In this document: positions 48,898 to 62,160 of the stretch, piece after piece
How the letters are laid out: each line of letters opens with the position of its first letter
Numbering within the stretch: the first letter of the stretch is position 1
Source: Isurus oxyrinchus
Taxonomy: Eukaryota
DNA: 64,000 nucleotides
Reading direction: 5' to 3'
NCBI GenBank assembly: GCA_026770705.1
Contig: JANJGN010000025.1
Span: 41,788,001-41,852,000 of the forward strand
Made by a program: the position numbers and the translations under genes
Notes under the pieces: model-generated
The model's database searches: none
Told to the model about the DNA's origin: nothing
The model's input: the letters and a program-made list of their open reading frames with translations, nothing else

Positions 48898-50426
48898 AGG
48901 GGTTTTGCTACTGAGTGTACAATCCATAGGCAAATTTCATGATAGTAAACTGCAAACCAGGAATCAGCAGATAGGGTCATTTTAGAGAAAAATCACTATT
49001 TAAAGCTGTCATAAATTGCCAGCTATTTCAATAACGTCATTCAAAAACATTCAGCCACCCCTATTCACAATTCTAGTGCCACACTGTAGCATGATGAAGG
49101 AATGGCGCTTGCCATTCACTACATTCAAAGCTGCTCATAATTTTTTCATGAAGTTATGAGCAGCCAGACATGATATTTGGCATTCTTTTTCAGCACAGCG
49201 TCCTCTACAGGGGATTTGTGGCACTTGAGCACAAGGCAAGGCAACAGTGTGTCTCTTCAACAAATCAAAAGAATCTTCACTAAAACACGCAGAGTCTAAA
49301 CCAGGAAATATAAATTAGAATATTCATGTGCAGAAATCAAAATAAAGTGAGGGAAGGAAAGATGAGATTGACAGATGAGACGAAGTAAAACCATTTTATT
49401 TTGACTTTTAATTTTTGATATATCTCCAATAATTAAATTTTGAAGAAATGAGACTCCACCAATCTTGTAAAATTGATTTTTCAGGGCCAGAGAGCTTGTT
49501 CGACAGTAATTAAGAATTTTATGCTGTTAAAAATTAACTTACATCAGAATGAAGTCCTGACTTTCTGCAGTGAGTCGAGTGAGCAACTAGTGAGCAAGTA
49601 TAGTAACTTCATGGCCTTAGATTCAGTCTTAAAATACATGCATCAGTGGGCTAACAGTGTAGCCAAGCTCGTGGAGGAACAGGGCAAATCAAACAGAAAC
49701 TTCCTGATTTGTGTTTAACTGCTCATGTGAAAATGCCACAAGTTACTGTCCAATTTACTCTTTAGTAACAATGAACATCGCTGACATTACTAACACAAAA
49801 TTTGGGCCCATGTGGTCAACTCTTCATGCCCTTAGGGCATTAAACGCATGGCCAATATAAACTTAGCCAGTGTCATCCACATCCCAAGAGTGCATAACAA
49901 CTTGGGGAAGAATGAATGAAACAAAGCAGTACTTGCATTTTCTACAATGTCTTAAAATATACCAAAGTGCCTTTAAAGCAATCCTGTTCAATGCAATGAA
50001 TAATCCATCCCCAGGCCTCATAGCTACATTGGTTCTTCAACACCAAAAGTATGAAATTATATTATATTAAAAATGGTAAAGAGTTCAATTTACACAAAGT
50101 CAGCTTTCTCTTCAGCCAAACAATCAGAATGCTGTTCACTATCCAAACACTAGAAAGTAACTATGTCAGATTTCTCGATCAAAATCATCTCTGTTATGCT
50201 CAAGGGATCACGTATTTTCTCTTGCGAATAATATCATTAAGAACTCAATTAAACTGCATGTGAATGTTTGATTATCTTCAGCTCAATAACTGGCTCCAAC
50301 AATGTTTTAAGCGAAGGGCAGTGGGATTATGGAATCAAGTTTGGACCCATTAGAAAATCACACCTGGGAACCACTGATCCAATTAGAGTCACATTTTAAA
50401 TGTGATCATCCAATAAGAACCACCAC

Positions 50427-51417
50427 ACGGAAACCACGGATGGAGTCCTTATAGGAAGCGGGGTGTGAGGAGCTGTAGTCGAGGTAGCTGTGGGAGTCGG
50501 TAGGCTTGTAATGGATATCGGTGGACAGCCTATCACCAGAAATTGAGACAGAGAAGTCAAGGAAGGGAAGGGAAGTGTCAGAGATGAACCATGTGAAAAT
50601 AATGGAGGGGTGGAAACTGGAAGCAAAATTAATAAATTTATCCAGGTCCAGACGAGAGCATGAAGCAGCACCGAAGCAATCATCAATATACCGGAGAAAG
50701 AGTTGTGGGAGGGGGCCGGAGTAGGACTAGAACAAGGAGTGTTCCACATACCCCATAAAGAGACAGGCATAGCTGGGGCCCATGCGGGTACCCATAGCCA
50801 CACCTTTTATTTGGAGGAAATGAGAGGAGTTTAAGGAGAAATTGTTCAGTGAGAGAACACGTTCAGCCAGACGGAGGAGAGTAGTGGTGGATGTGGATTG
50901 TTCAGGCCTCTGTTCGAGGAAGAAGCAGAGAGCTCTTAGACCATCCTGGTAGGGGATGGAGGTGTAGAGGGATTGGACGTCCATGGTGAAGAGGAGGCGG
51001 TTGGGGCCAGGGAATTGAAAATTGTTGATATGATGTAGGGTGTCAGAGGATGTAGGTAGGAAGAAACTGGACAAGGGGAGAGAGAATGGAGTCAAGATAG
51101 CAAGAAATGAGTTCCGTGGGGCAGGAACAGGCTGACATGATTGGTCTGCCAGGACATTCCTGTTTGTGGATTTTGGGTCGGAGGTAGAAGCGGGCCGTCC
51201 GAGGTTGGGAGACTATGAGGTTGGAAGCTGTGGAAGGAAGATCTCCAGAGGAGATAAGGTCAGTGACAGTCCTAGAAACAATGGTTTGACGTTCAGTAGT
51301 GGGGTCATGGTCCAGGGGGAGGTTGGAGGAAGCATCTGCGAGTTGACGCTCAGCCTCTGCGAATTGGAGGTCAGTGCACCAGACAACAACAGCACCATCC
51401 TTGTCAGCAGGTTTGAT
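50427..51417 (-). mobile_element. Penelope-like element RT fragment
   Basis: IKPADKDGAVVV, ARFYLRPKIHK..PGRPI, LFTMDVQSLYTSIP, QIKGVAMGTRMGPSYACLFM, RYIDDCF. Confidence 0.93.
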
Positions 51418-51720
51418 CCTTAATGTCACCATTAGCACATATCTTAGCTAATATCAACACCTCTTTGACCTTTTGTCTATGACATCTTTTGGCTATCTCC
51501 ACCTATCACTGGCCCTCTATCCAGCTCTACCTGTCCCAGCCCCCCTTAAACCAGCTTATATTTCATCTGTTTTCTATTTTTCCTTAGTTCTGATAAAGAG
51601 TCATTCAGACTTGAAACGTTAACTGTATTCCTCTCCGCAGATGCTGTCAGACTTGCTGAGTTTTTCCAGGTATTTTTGTTTTAGTTTTGGATTTCCAGCG
51701 TCTGCCGTTTTTTGCTTTTA
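51418..51720 (+). mobile_element. Penelope 3' terminal pLTR, inverted relative to the adjacent RT, with hammerhead motif at 51586-51624
   Basis: Matches 2716-2988; AGTT-CTGATAA-A-GAGTC-attca-GACTT-GAAA-CGTT-AACT (G8 mutated). Confidence 0.9.
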
Positions 51721-51721
51721 A

Positions 51722-53335
51722 CTGAAGCTAGTGTTGGTCTTCTAGAGGGAGTCTGGGGAATTGATAATGGAAAACAAGGAAATGGCAGAAAGGTTGAATA
51801 GATATTTTGTGTCTGTCTTCTTTGTGGAAGACTTAGATTCTGGAAGGGTTCCAGTGGATTGGAAAATAGTTAACATAACACCTTTATTCAAGAAAGGAGG
51901 GAGAGAGAAAGCAGGAAATGACAGGCCAGTCAGCCTAACATCTGTCATTGGGAAATTGTTAGATTTCATTATTAAGGAGGTTATAACAGGCTACTTAGAA
52001 AATCATAATTTGATCAGGCAGAGTCAATATGGGTTTGTGAAAGGGAAATGGTGTTTAACTGATTGATTTATTAGAATTTTTGGAGAAAGTAACAAGCAAG
52101 GTGGATAAAGGGGAACCTGTAGATGTGGCATACTTAGAGTTCCAGGAGGCATTTACTAAGGTGCCACATCAAACGTTACTACACAAGATAAGATTACTTG
52201 GTGTATGGGGTAACATATTGGCATGGATAAAGGATTGGTGAGCCAACAGGAATCAGAGGTTGGAGATAAATAGGTCTTTTTTGGGTTGGTTGCAAGCTGT
52301 TCCAAGTGGAATGCCACAGAGATCAGGGCTGGGGCCTCAACTATTTACAATCTACATCAGCGATTTGGATGAAGGGGCCAAATGTATGGTCGCTAAATTT
52401 TCCAATGACATCAAGATAGGTAGAAAAGTAAGTTGTCAAGGGGAGCTAGAGAGTCCGCAAAGGGATATAGACAGGTTAAATGCTTGGGCAAAATTTTGGC
52501 AGATTGAGTATAATGTGGGAAAATATGAGCTTGTCCACTTTGGCAGGAAGAATAGAAAAGCAATATATTATTTAAATGGAGAGAAATTTCAGAACTCGGT
52601 GGTTTGGAGGGATCTGGGTGTCCTGGTACATGAATCACAAAAAGTTAATATGCAGATACAACAGGTGATTGGGAAGGCAAATGGTATATGTTGGCATTTA
52701 TTGCAAGAGGAATAGAATATAAAAGTAGGGAAGTTTTACTGCAGCTGTACAGGACCTTGGTGAGACCATATCTGGAATACTGTGTACAGTTTTGGTCTCC
52801 TTATTTGGAAAAAGATATAATTGCATTAGAAGCAGTTCAGAGAAGGCTCACAAAACTCATTTCTGGGATGAAGGGCTTATCTTATGAAGAGAGGTTGAAC
52901 AGGTTGAGCCTATACCCATTGGAGCTTAGAAGAATGAGGGGTAATCTGATTGAAACATATAAGATCCTGAGGAAACTTGATAGGGTAGATACCGGGAAGA
53001 TGTTCCCACTTGTGGGAGAGACTAGAACTGGGGCACACAGTTTAAGAATAAGAAGTCTTCGCTTTAAGATGGAGATGAGGAGATTTTTTTTCAAAAGGTG
53101 TCTATGTCTATACCGTTAGTTTGTAGAATTCTCTTCCCCAGAAAGCAGTGGAGGTTGGGTCATTGAATTTATTCAAGGCAGAGTTAGGCAGATTTTTGAT
53201 AGACAAGGGAGTTAAAGGTTATGGGGGCAGACGGAAAAGTGGAGTTGAGACCCCAACCAGATCAGCCTTGATCTTACTGAGTGGCAGAACAGGAGGGGGG
53301 GGGCTGAATGGCCTATTCCTGCTCCTGAGTCCTAC
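51722..53335 (+). mobile_element. CR1 ORF2 RT and 3' end with an internal deletion near 51832
   Basis: NRYFVSVFFVED|LDSGRVPVDWK; RPVSLTS; LGPQLF; LEYCVQFWSP; 3'UTR. Confidence 0.93.
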
Positions 53336-53989
53336 ACTCCAGTTAATTGTTTTTAAACAGATGAGTCTTGGAACTTTTGACATACCTTCAAATGTAAACA
53401 GTGAGTCTTCTTCATTTTCTTGTCACTATAATGAGCAGCCCTTGCTAACATCTAAAATAAACTGGGCTGTCTCTGTATCACAAGCTCTTTTTTGGCTGAG
53501 GGATATGGTCTGCTCAGGAAGGTAGGTTTCCTCACCCTCCTCCACTTCACAATATTGTTCATTTCGACCCATGGATAGTTAGTGCCAGGAGGTGATAAGA
53601 GCTGAGCCTAATCTAGCCTGCATTTCTAAAACATGATTAACTGGATAGCAGTCAGCAGCATGAATTCAGGTTGATATGTACCCTGCAGTCCAGGAACTTG
53701 CAAATTTATCACATCTAACCAATGCCTAGCTTGAGATAGAGGGATCGACCTTGGTACATTACTAACGTCAAAGCTCAGGGTTACCATCGGCATTGCAATC
53801 TATTTTATTTAGAATTATTTTCTCTATGACCATACACAATCTAATCTATGGCTCATTATGAGAGGCCCTCACCGCTTCAATCACAGGAAGAGTACAGAGC
53901 ATGGGGAAAATCTTCCCAAGCTGATCTGCAAAGACACAGACATATCACAAAATGCACACAAAGCAAGTGTGAGATCATGCAATTCACAA

Positions 53990-54730
53990 CCAAGAACAAT
54001 AAATCAGAAGTATTTTCCAAATAGTGAGAAACCAGGAACTATAGAGGAGCAAAGAAATAGGGGAGTCCACGTACACAAATTATTAAAGGTTAGTACACCG
54101 GCACAAAAACAATCAAAACAGTGAATGAAATGTAGACCTCTATTTCAAAGGGGCTGGATTACAAAGAGGAAAATCTTCGATTGTGTCCAATTCAGACCCC
54201 TACTGGAATAACTGCATTCAGTTCTGGGCACCGCACCTCAAGATGATATGTTGGCCTTGGAGGGGGTGCCGCCCAGATTCACCAGTATAATACTGGGGCT
54301 AAAAGGGCTAAATGAGGACCAACTACATGAACTTGGTTTGTATTCACTTGAGTATGAAAGTTTGAGGGGTTATTTGATAGAGGTATTTAAAATGTTAAAA
54401 CGATTTTTGGGGTAGATATGGAAATACTATTTCCTCTGATGGGAGAATCAAGAAAATGAGAATTATAATCTTAAAATTAGAGCTAGGCTATTCAGCAGGA
54501 AGCACTTTATCCCCTCCACAAAGGATATTGAGAATTTGGAACTCTCTTCTCAAAAGCATGTGGTAACGGAAAGTCAATTGAAGCTTTCAAGATCAGGATC
54601 AATGGATTGTTTTTGAGGAAGGATATCAAAAGAAATGGGGCAAAGGCTGGATGTCTGCAGATCAGCCGTGATCTAATTGCATGGAATAGGCTTGAGTGAC
54701 TAAATGGCCTCCTTCTGCTCCTATGTTCCT
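53990..54730 (+). mobile_element. Old CR1 3' fragment (another at ~55060-55400)
   Basis: tgcattcagttctgggcaccgcacctca (CIQFWAPHL); tail cttctgctcctatgttcc. Confidence 0.75.
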
Positions 54731-56436
54731 TCCACCACTATTGAATCATCTTTTATGAGTTACCTGTTCATAAAACCAACATTCACATCCACTGTTAGGT
54801 TAGCAAAAGCAAAGAATGGACGTAAATGACTACCACTAAACTCAAATAGAAAGAGACATGTTAATGAAGCCAATAACCAGCTAAGACTTATGTTAATGAG
54901 AGAAGAGTTCTCTGGTCATCTTCCTTATGTATCAGATTGTTAGTAATTGTTGAAGCAATTGTATCTACCATCTGTTCATTCCTGAAATTGCATAATATAT
55001 AAATAGAGTCTAGATAAAATTTCTGAAACCCTTGGAACCCACATCAGGAGTAAGCATTTTGATAGGTTTCTCTATCTACCCTATCTCTTCTGGTGTTTGG
55101 GCAGGGGTGGGGGGGGGGTGAGTCCAGAACAAAAGGTCATAACCTTAATATTAGAGCCAGGGGCAATGTCAGGAAGCACTGCTTCACACAAAAAGTATAG
55201 TGGAAATCTGGAACTCTCTTACTCAAAAAAGCTGCTGAGTTTAATTGAAAGTTTCAAAACAGAAAAGATTTTTGTTAAATAAGCATATGAAGGGCATTAA
55301 GGTACATGGAGTGAAGGCAGTTAAATGGTGTTAAGATTAGATCTATGGCCACGATCGAACTGAATGGCAGAGCAAGCTTCTACTCTTATTCCTACTATGG
55401 AAAATCAATGGTTCCTCACGGCGAGTCCCCTCCTTTCGGCTTAGCTGGGCTATACTAGCACTATCCTTGAGCAATCATGTCTTTCTGGGGCAATGTTATT
55501 ATGGAGGCTAGATTCGCCTCCTTTTGATGTTCTAGATAAGATTTGATTTATGTTTTCTTCCGAGTTCCCTCCCAACTGGACCTCGCAAGGTTGTTCTGCT
55601 ATCTGAAACACCACAACTAATTCAGTTCTGCAACTGGCCAGTAGATGCTGCACATGTAGCTTGAGAGAAGGACAATGTTCCCTTGTCATGACTGCAGCAA
55701 GGCTTACCTACATTGCTCATTCCTCTTGGGGAAGAGACCGACCTCATCTTGGAACGAAAATATAGAAGTTAAACTCTAGACCGTGTTGTGTGCCATGACT
55801 CAGCTGTAAACTGTGCTGCCACAGTTCAACAGTTAAAACATCCCTTCAACACCCAATATCTACCACCAATTCATGTTATCTACTATCACTGCTTTAGAGA
55901 GATCAGTGGTCTTTTGTCACCAGATGACTTGTTAATTGGAGTGGACTGTTAATAAGTACTTCTGATTGCCACATTCACATCACACTAATCATTGTGTCCG
56001 GCCTGCATTTAAACACAAGCCCATTTCCACAGAGAAGAAAATTTTTGCGCTATTCAGTTGAAGAATATTGGTGTTAGGGACAAACTACACTCCACTTCAA
56101 CATCAGCACGAAACACTCCCAGGGCAGCTTTAGTGCTTTCAGAGGCAAAGCAAAGCTTTCTCCTGCCGGACAGCGAGCCATCATCACAACTCAGGCAAAC
56201 ACATCCAATTTCACCTATTACTTTTCCAGGCATCAGTACAGCTGTTGAATTGGTACTAGTTTAGGAGCAGTTTTATACTGCTACACCATGTACATTAGGA
56301 ACTGGATTAAAACCTGCATTGACTCTGAAAAAAATCTGCATTTATTTAGCTGCTTTAAAGTATAAAATGTCAAAGTGCTTTACAGAGGTAGAAAATAAAT
56401 AAAATTTAATAAGTAAGTGCGTAGGGAATTAAATGG

Positions 56437-58512
56437 CAGTGTTTCCTCTAAGCTGCATAGCCACCACATAACATCAAGTGCCACATTTGATTATTACACC
56501 GCGTGCATCCTGATGGAAGTATGATCATATGGACAAGCTTCACTGCCACTCTAGCCCACGAGCAAGGAATTGGTAGATTCCCCAATGACAGGAAATTAAC
56601 AGACAAGAGCCAAGCCGCCATGATTAATAAGGTGCAATTAACAACCGAAGTTCACTCCTGTCGGTTCCTGGAACCTGAAGCTATGTCAATATTTGTCCTT
56701 CTTGCAGCCCCTCTCGTTCCCTCGCTTGCCTCCTCCCTCTCATTGCCCCTTTCCCGAGCCCTCTCATTCACCTCATTCACAGTGAGATTTCAGCAGAGGA
56801 AGGCGGCGAACAGGAGTGTCGGGGTGGGGGGGGAGAACGAGTCAAGAGAGGCAGTGGTGAGCTGGAGGCAGGAAGCAGCAAGAGGTAAGTTGGAAGAGTT
56901 AGTAAATTATTGAGGATAAAGGATTTTTGGTCAATACCATTGATCGAACCATTCTGCTGCAGCTGGTTTTGTAGAATTATTTAAAAAAGACTGATCCCAA
57001 AGATATTCAATAAATTAAAAACACAATGGCATTTATATGGAGTTTGTGAAAAGTTCTGGATTCCTAAACCAGGTATCCCAATAATAATGTAAAGGTTCTT
57101 GTAAGGTAATCTCATGGGACATTTTAAACCATACATACTTCTAAATACTCCCCCTCTCCAATTCACTTTTGTACGTTACTTTTTACGTACAATACATTTA
57201 GATTTTAATCTTAAAAGAAGTGTTGGTGGAATAAGTGCTACAACTTCCCCAAAGACTATCTTAACAGTTACTTTACCTCCAGGGATTCCATACTCTCTTC
57301 ACACAACCCTCTCTTCAACAGTTCCCAGATGCAGTTTTCCCCTTCAATATTCACTTAGTTTACAGGGACATTGTCTCTGACTTTCAACCTCCAATTCACA
57401 ACAGCCAACCTCTCCAAATTCATAGACACTTTAACTCTGCTTATGATTATGTTTGTTGACGTGAACAAATGACTGAGGTAATTTCCTCACAATTCGTGCA
57501 GTTTTAGAACATAAGAACTAGGAGCAGTAGGAGGCAATTCAGCCCCTCAAGCCTGCCCTGCCATTCATTTCGATCATGGCTGATCTCATTTTGGCCTCAA
57601 CTCCAATTTCCTGCCCTCTCCCCATAACCTTTCAACCTGTTACTAATTAAAAATCTGTCTATCTCCTCCTTAAATTTATTCAGCGTCCTGGCACCCACTG
57701 CACTCTAAGGTAGTGAATTCCACAGATTCACGACCCTTTGAGAAAAGTAATTCCTCCTCACCTGTGATTTAAATCTACCACCCCTTAGCCTAAAACTATG
57801 GCCTCTCGTTCTAGAATGCCCCACAAGGGGAAACATCACTCCACGTCTACTTTGTCTATCCCCTTTAGCATCTTATATACCTCAATTAGATCTCCTCTCA
57901 TCCTTCTAAACTCTAGCGAGTATAGGCCTAAACTGCTCAATCTCTCCTCATAAGATAAGCCCCACATTTCTGGAATCAATCTAGTGAACCTCTGAAGAAA
58001 ACACTCAAAATAGCTAAAAAAATAAAAGTTGTCTTTTCCACATTTTCTATCAATCTAAAGAGGCAACCCTCCTTAGCTCTTTCTATTTTGAGTTTGTCAA
58101 ACTGAAACAGAAGATCCTTGTCTTGTCTCGAGTCATTGCAACTAATTCCACTTTTCTTCTGCTACATAACTAAAATACAAACTACAATATAAAAACTAAC
58201 AAATGCCTCTCTCATGTATGGCAGTGTAGTGGTTACAGTACTGAACTTAAAGCCTATGAGTTCAAATGCCACCATGGTAAATTTAAAATTGAATTCAGTA
58301 AATCCGGTCATTTGTGGACTAACATGTTACTATGCCAATGGCTGTGGGTGGCATTCCTTCTTCTTTTGCCATACCTAAGGTAACTTTTAAAGATATATAT
58401 AGTTTTTTTTGTTTGTTTCTAGTGGAGGGCCATATCCATGTATTACCTTGATATCAATACACATAACAAAATCCATTCTTCTCGTGTTTAGGAAAAATTA
58501 GAGGGAACATTG
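56437..58512. mobile_element. Probable non-autonomous hAT-type DNA transposon with nested CR1
   Basis: 15-bp TIRs CAGTGTTTCCTCTAA (56437-56451) and TTAGAGGGAACATTG (58498-58512), 13/15 match; 8-bp flanks TTAAATGG/CTGAGTAG differ only by transitions. Confidence 0.55.
57505..57995 (-). mobile_element. CR1 3' end
   Basis: Starts agaacataagaactaggagcag (reverse tail); antisense of the ERLSSLGLYSLEFRRMRGDL region. Confidence 0.9.
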
Positions 58513-58619
58513 CTGAGTAGTTTAGTGTGTAACAGATGTCATTGGTATCACAAACTCCACTTCCTGGCCATTGATTCCATTTTCTCCCCCTGGTCATCGG
58601 CTCAGCCTGAACCAGACAG

Positions 58620-59222
58620 TTCACAACCTTGCAGTCCTTGACCCTGAGCAACCCCGTATCCTCTCCATCATAGACTGCCTACTTCCGCCTCCATATTACC
58701 CATCTCTTCCCTTGCCTCAGCCTAACTGCTGTTAAGACCCTCATCCACACTTGTTCCCTCAAGATTCATCAATTCCCATGCACCCCAAACCTGCCTCCCT
58801 ACTTCCACCCTTCATAAACTTGAGCTCATTTAAAACTCTGCTGCCTCTAACCTAGCTCATCCTCATGGTGAAGTCCTTCTGTGGCTTCACCCTTCCCTAT
58901 CTCTGTAACCTCCTCCAGTCCTACAGTCTTCTGAGATTCCTGTGCTTCCCCCAATTTCACACTCTTATGCATTCTGAAATTTTTTTGCCCCCACCGTTGG
59001 TGGTGGTGCCTTCAGCTGCCTCGGTGAGAAATCCTCACGTTTCCTCCATAAAACTTTCCACCTTGCACTTTTTAAGATGCTCCTTAAAACCTACCTCTTT
59101 GGTCACCTTTGCCAATGTGGACTCTTTCAGATCATGTCATTCTGCTTATCTGATTGTGCTCCTTTGAATACCCTTGAGATACTTTACTTCATTAAAGAAA
59201 CTATATAAATGCAAATTGTTGT
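58620..59222 (+). mobile_element. L2 3' fragment
   Basis: Colinear with 30495-31070 (cttcataaacttgagctcatttaaaactctgc); tail ctatataaatgcaaattgttgtt. Confidence 0.75.
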
Positions 59223-59494
59223 TTCTGATAATATTGACACAGATACAGTAATTTTGGTGCTGTGAAATGGGAAAAAAGCACTGAAGAAATGGGAATAGGG
59301 AGCTTTGGAAAAGCTGAGAGATAATGACATTCAAAACCTTTGATAAAGGCTGGTTAGAGATTTGGAGATAATTAAGAGGGAAGATTAGATGCGAGTGAAT
59401 GCCTTTTTTTAAAGGGGCGATAACAATGGATTTGAATGGGGTGGGGGGACGAAGATGGAAGCATGCAGAACCATTACCAATATCGGCTTATTGT

Positions 59495-59497
<3 letters not shown>

Positions 59498-59529
<32 letters not shown>
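59498..59529. repeat. Poly-G run (32 G)
   Basis: Direct count. Confidence 0.95.
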
Positions 59530-59531
<2 letters not shown>

Positions 59532-59942
59532 CAGTGTTGAGTCGGTGAAAGTATTTTGGAAGCAATTATGCTTCCAAACTGTGAGTCAGTTTGGAAAAAG
59601 CTTGAGAAGCAGGTGGTTTATGTGGGAGCAAAATGAGAGCCAAGCCCTGGCCTGGGCAGTCACCCACCCCCTGCTCAATAATCACACAATACTTTACAGA
59701 GCACTTGGAAAATCTTTACAGACCCAAAGAGTCTGCAAGACCCTAGTTTGAAGATCACGAGACTGGACCAGTTATGCATCAGGTACACTCGAGATACTAA
59801 TCTACAAACAATCCACAGACATTTAACTCAACAGAGTCTGAGCTGGATTCAAATGCAAGATCCAAAAATGAAAGGTCAGTATTTAAATCCACTGCACCAT
59901 CCTAATTCACTGTCACAAGTTTATTACCAACACACTCTCCAG

Positions 59943-61595
59943 TAGATAATCCAGAGGTCCACGCTAATGCCCAGGGAACACAGATTCAAATCCCACCCTG
60001 GCAGCTAGTGGAATTTAATTTCAACTAATAAAATCTGGGAGTGAAAGCTAGTCTCGGTAATGATGACCATTTATTCACGGGATGCGGGCCTCGCTGGCTG
60101 GGCCAGCATATGTTGCCCATCCCTAGCTGCCCTTAAGAAGGTGGTGGTGAGCTGCCTTCTTGAACTGCTGCAGTCCATGTGGTGTAGGTATACCCACAGT
60201 GCTGTTAGGAAGGGAGTTCCAAGACTTTGACCCAGCGACAATGAAGGAACGGCAATATATTTCCAAATCAGGATGCTGAATGACTTGGAGGGGAACTTCC
60301 AGGTGGTGTTCCCATCTATCTGCTGCCCTTGTCCTTCTAGATGGCAGTGGTCGTGGGTTTGGAAAGTGCCGTCTAAGGAGCCTTGGTGAATTCCTGTAGT
60401 ACATCTTGTGGATGATACACACTGTTGCTACTGTGCGTCGGTGGTGGAGGGTGTGAATGGCTGTGAATGTGGTGCTAATCATGCGGCCTGCTTTGTCCTG
60501 AATGGGGTCAAGCTTCTTGAATGTTGTGGGAGCCACACTCATCCAAGCAAGCGGGGAGAATTCCATCACACTCCTGACTTCTGTCTTGTCGATGGTGGAC
60601 AGGCTTTGGTGAGTCAGGAGGTGAGTTACTCATCGCACAATTCCTACCCTCTGAACTGCTCTTGTAGCCACAGTATTTATATGGCTAGTCCAGTTCAGTT
60701 TCTGGTCAATGGTAACCCCCAGGATGTTGATAGTGGAGGATTCAGTGATGGTAATGCCATTGAATGTCAAGGAGCGATGGTTGATTCTCTCTTGCTGGAG
60801 ATGGTCATTGCCTGACACTTGTGTGGCACGAATGTTACTTGCCACTTGTCAGCCCAAGCCTGGATATTGTCCAGATCTTGCTGCATTTGGATATGGACTG
60901 CTTCAGTATCTGAGGAGTCGCGAATGTTGCTAAACATTGTGCAATCATCAGTGAACATCCCCACTTCTGACCTTATGATGGAAGGAAGATCACTGATGAA
61001 GCAGCTGAAGGTGGTTGGGCCGAGGACACTACCCTGAGGAACTCCTGCAGTGATGTCCTAGAACTGAGATGATTGATCTCCAACAACCACAACCATCTTC
61101 CTTTGTGTTAGGTATGACTCCAACCAGCAGAGTTTTCCCCGATTCCCATTGACTCCAGTTTTGCTAGGGGTCTTTGATGCCACACTTGGTCAAATACTGC
61201 TTTGTTGTCAAGTCAGTCACTCTCACCTCACCTCGGGAGTTCAGCTCTTTTGTCCATGTTTGAACCAAGGCCGTAATGAGATCAGGAGCTGAGTGACCTT
61301 GGTGGAACCCAAACCAGACATCAGTGAGCAGGTTATTGCTAAGCAAGTGCCGCTTGGTATCCCTTCCATTACTTTACTGATGATTGTCATAAAACGCATG
61401 TGGTTCACTAATGCCCTTTAGAGAAGGAAATCTGCCACTCTTACCTGGTCTGGCCAACATGAGACTCCAGACCCACAGCAATGTGGGTGACTCTTAACTG
61501 TCCTCTGAAATGGCCCAGCAAGCCACTCAGTTCAAGGGCACTTAGGAATGGGAAACAAATGCCTTGCCAGCGATGCCAACATCCCATGAAAAAAG
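59943..61595 (+). mobile_element. tRNA-derived SINE split into head (59943-60070) and core plus tail (61385-61595) by an antisense LINE insertion
   Basis: Head taatccagagg...gattcaaatcccacc...ggaattt matches 41830-41900; core plus tail matches 18826-19040. Confidence 0.85.
60071..61385 (-). mobile_element. 5'-truncated LINE of the second family
   Basis: FGFHQGHSAPDL, GVPQGSVLGP, MFTDDC, ILGVTIDQKLNW, WNSLP on the minus strand. Confidence 0.92.
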
Positions 61596-61721
61596 AAAGA
61601 GACAGTATAGCTGCAGCCAGAGATTGTGTCTACAACATCTCCTCTCCTGGGGTTTGGAGCCCTAGTTAGCATGCAGGCCAAAATGTCAATTCTCCCTCTG
61701 GTACTTTGCCCACTTACTCAC

Positions 61722-62160
61722 ATAAGAGTTATTGGATAGACTGGGGTTATTTTCCCTGGAGCAGAGGAGATTGAGTGGGGACATGATTGAGTGTATAAAA
61801 TTATGAGGGGCATAGATAGGGTAGACAGGAAGGAACTGTTCCCCTTGGGGAGGGATCAATAACCAGAGGGCATGGGTTTAAGGTAAGGGGCAGGAGGTTT
61901 AGAGGGGATGTGAGGAAGAATTTTTTCACCAGAGGGTGGTGGGAATCTGGAACTCACTGCCTGAAAGGGTGGTAGAGGCAGAAACCCTCATCATAACATT
62001 TAAGTATTTGTATGTGCACCTGCGATGCCATGGCATACAAGGCTATGGGTCTAGTGCTGGAAAATAGGATTAGTATAGTTAGATGCTTGTTTGACCAGCG
62101 CAGACGCGATGGGCCGAAGGGCCTTTTTCTGTGCTGTAGACCTCTATGACTCTATGACTG
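61722..62160 (+). mobile_element. CR1 3' end
   Basis: LDRLGLFSLEQRRL; tail ctctatgactctatgact. Confidence 0.9.

Noticed and set aside
59498-59529. Poly-G as a functional G-quadruplex or glycine-rich CDS
   Set aside because: Homopolymer length is unreliable and may be a sequencing artefact; no supporting context.
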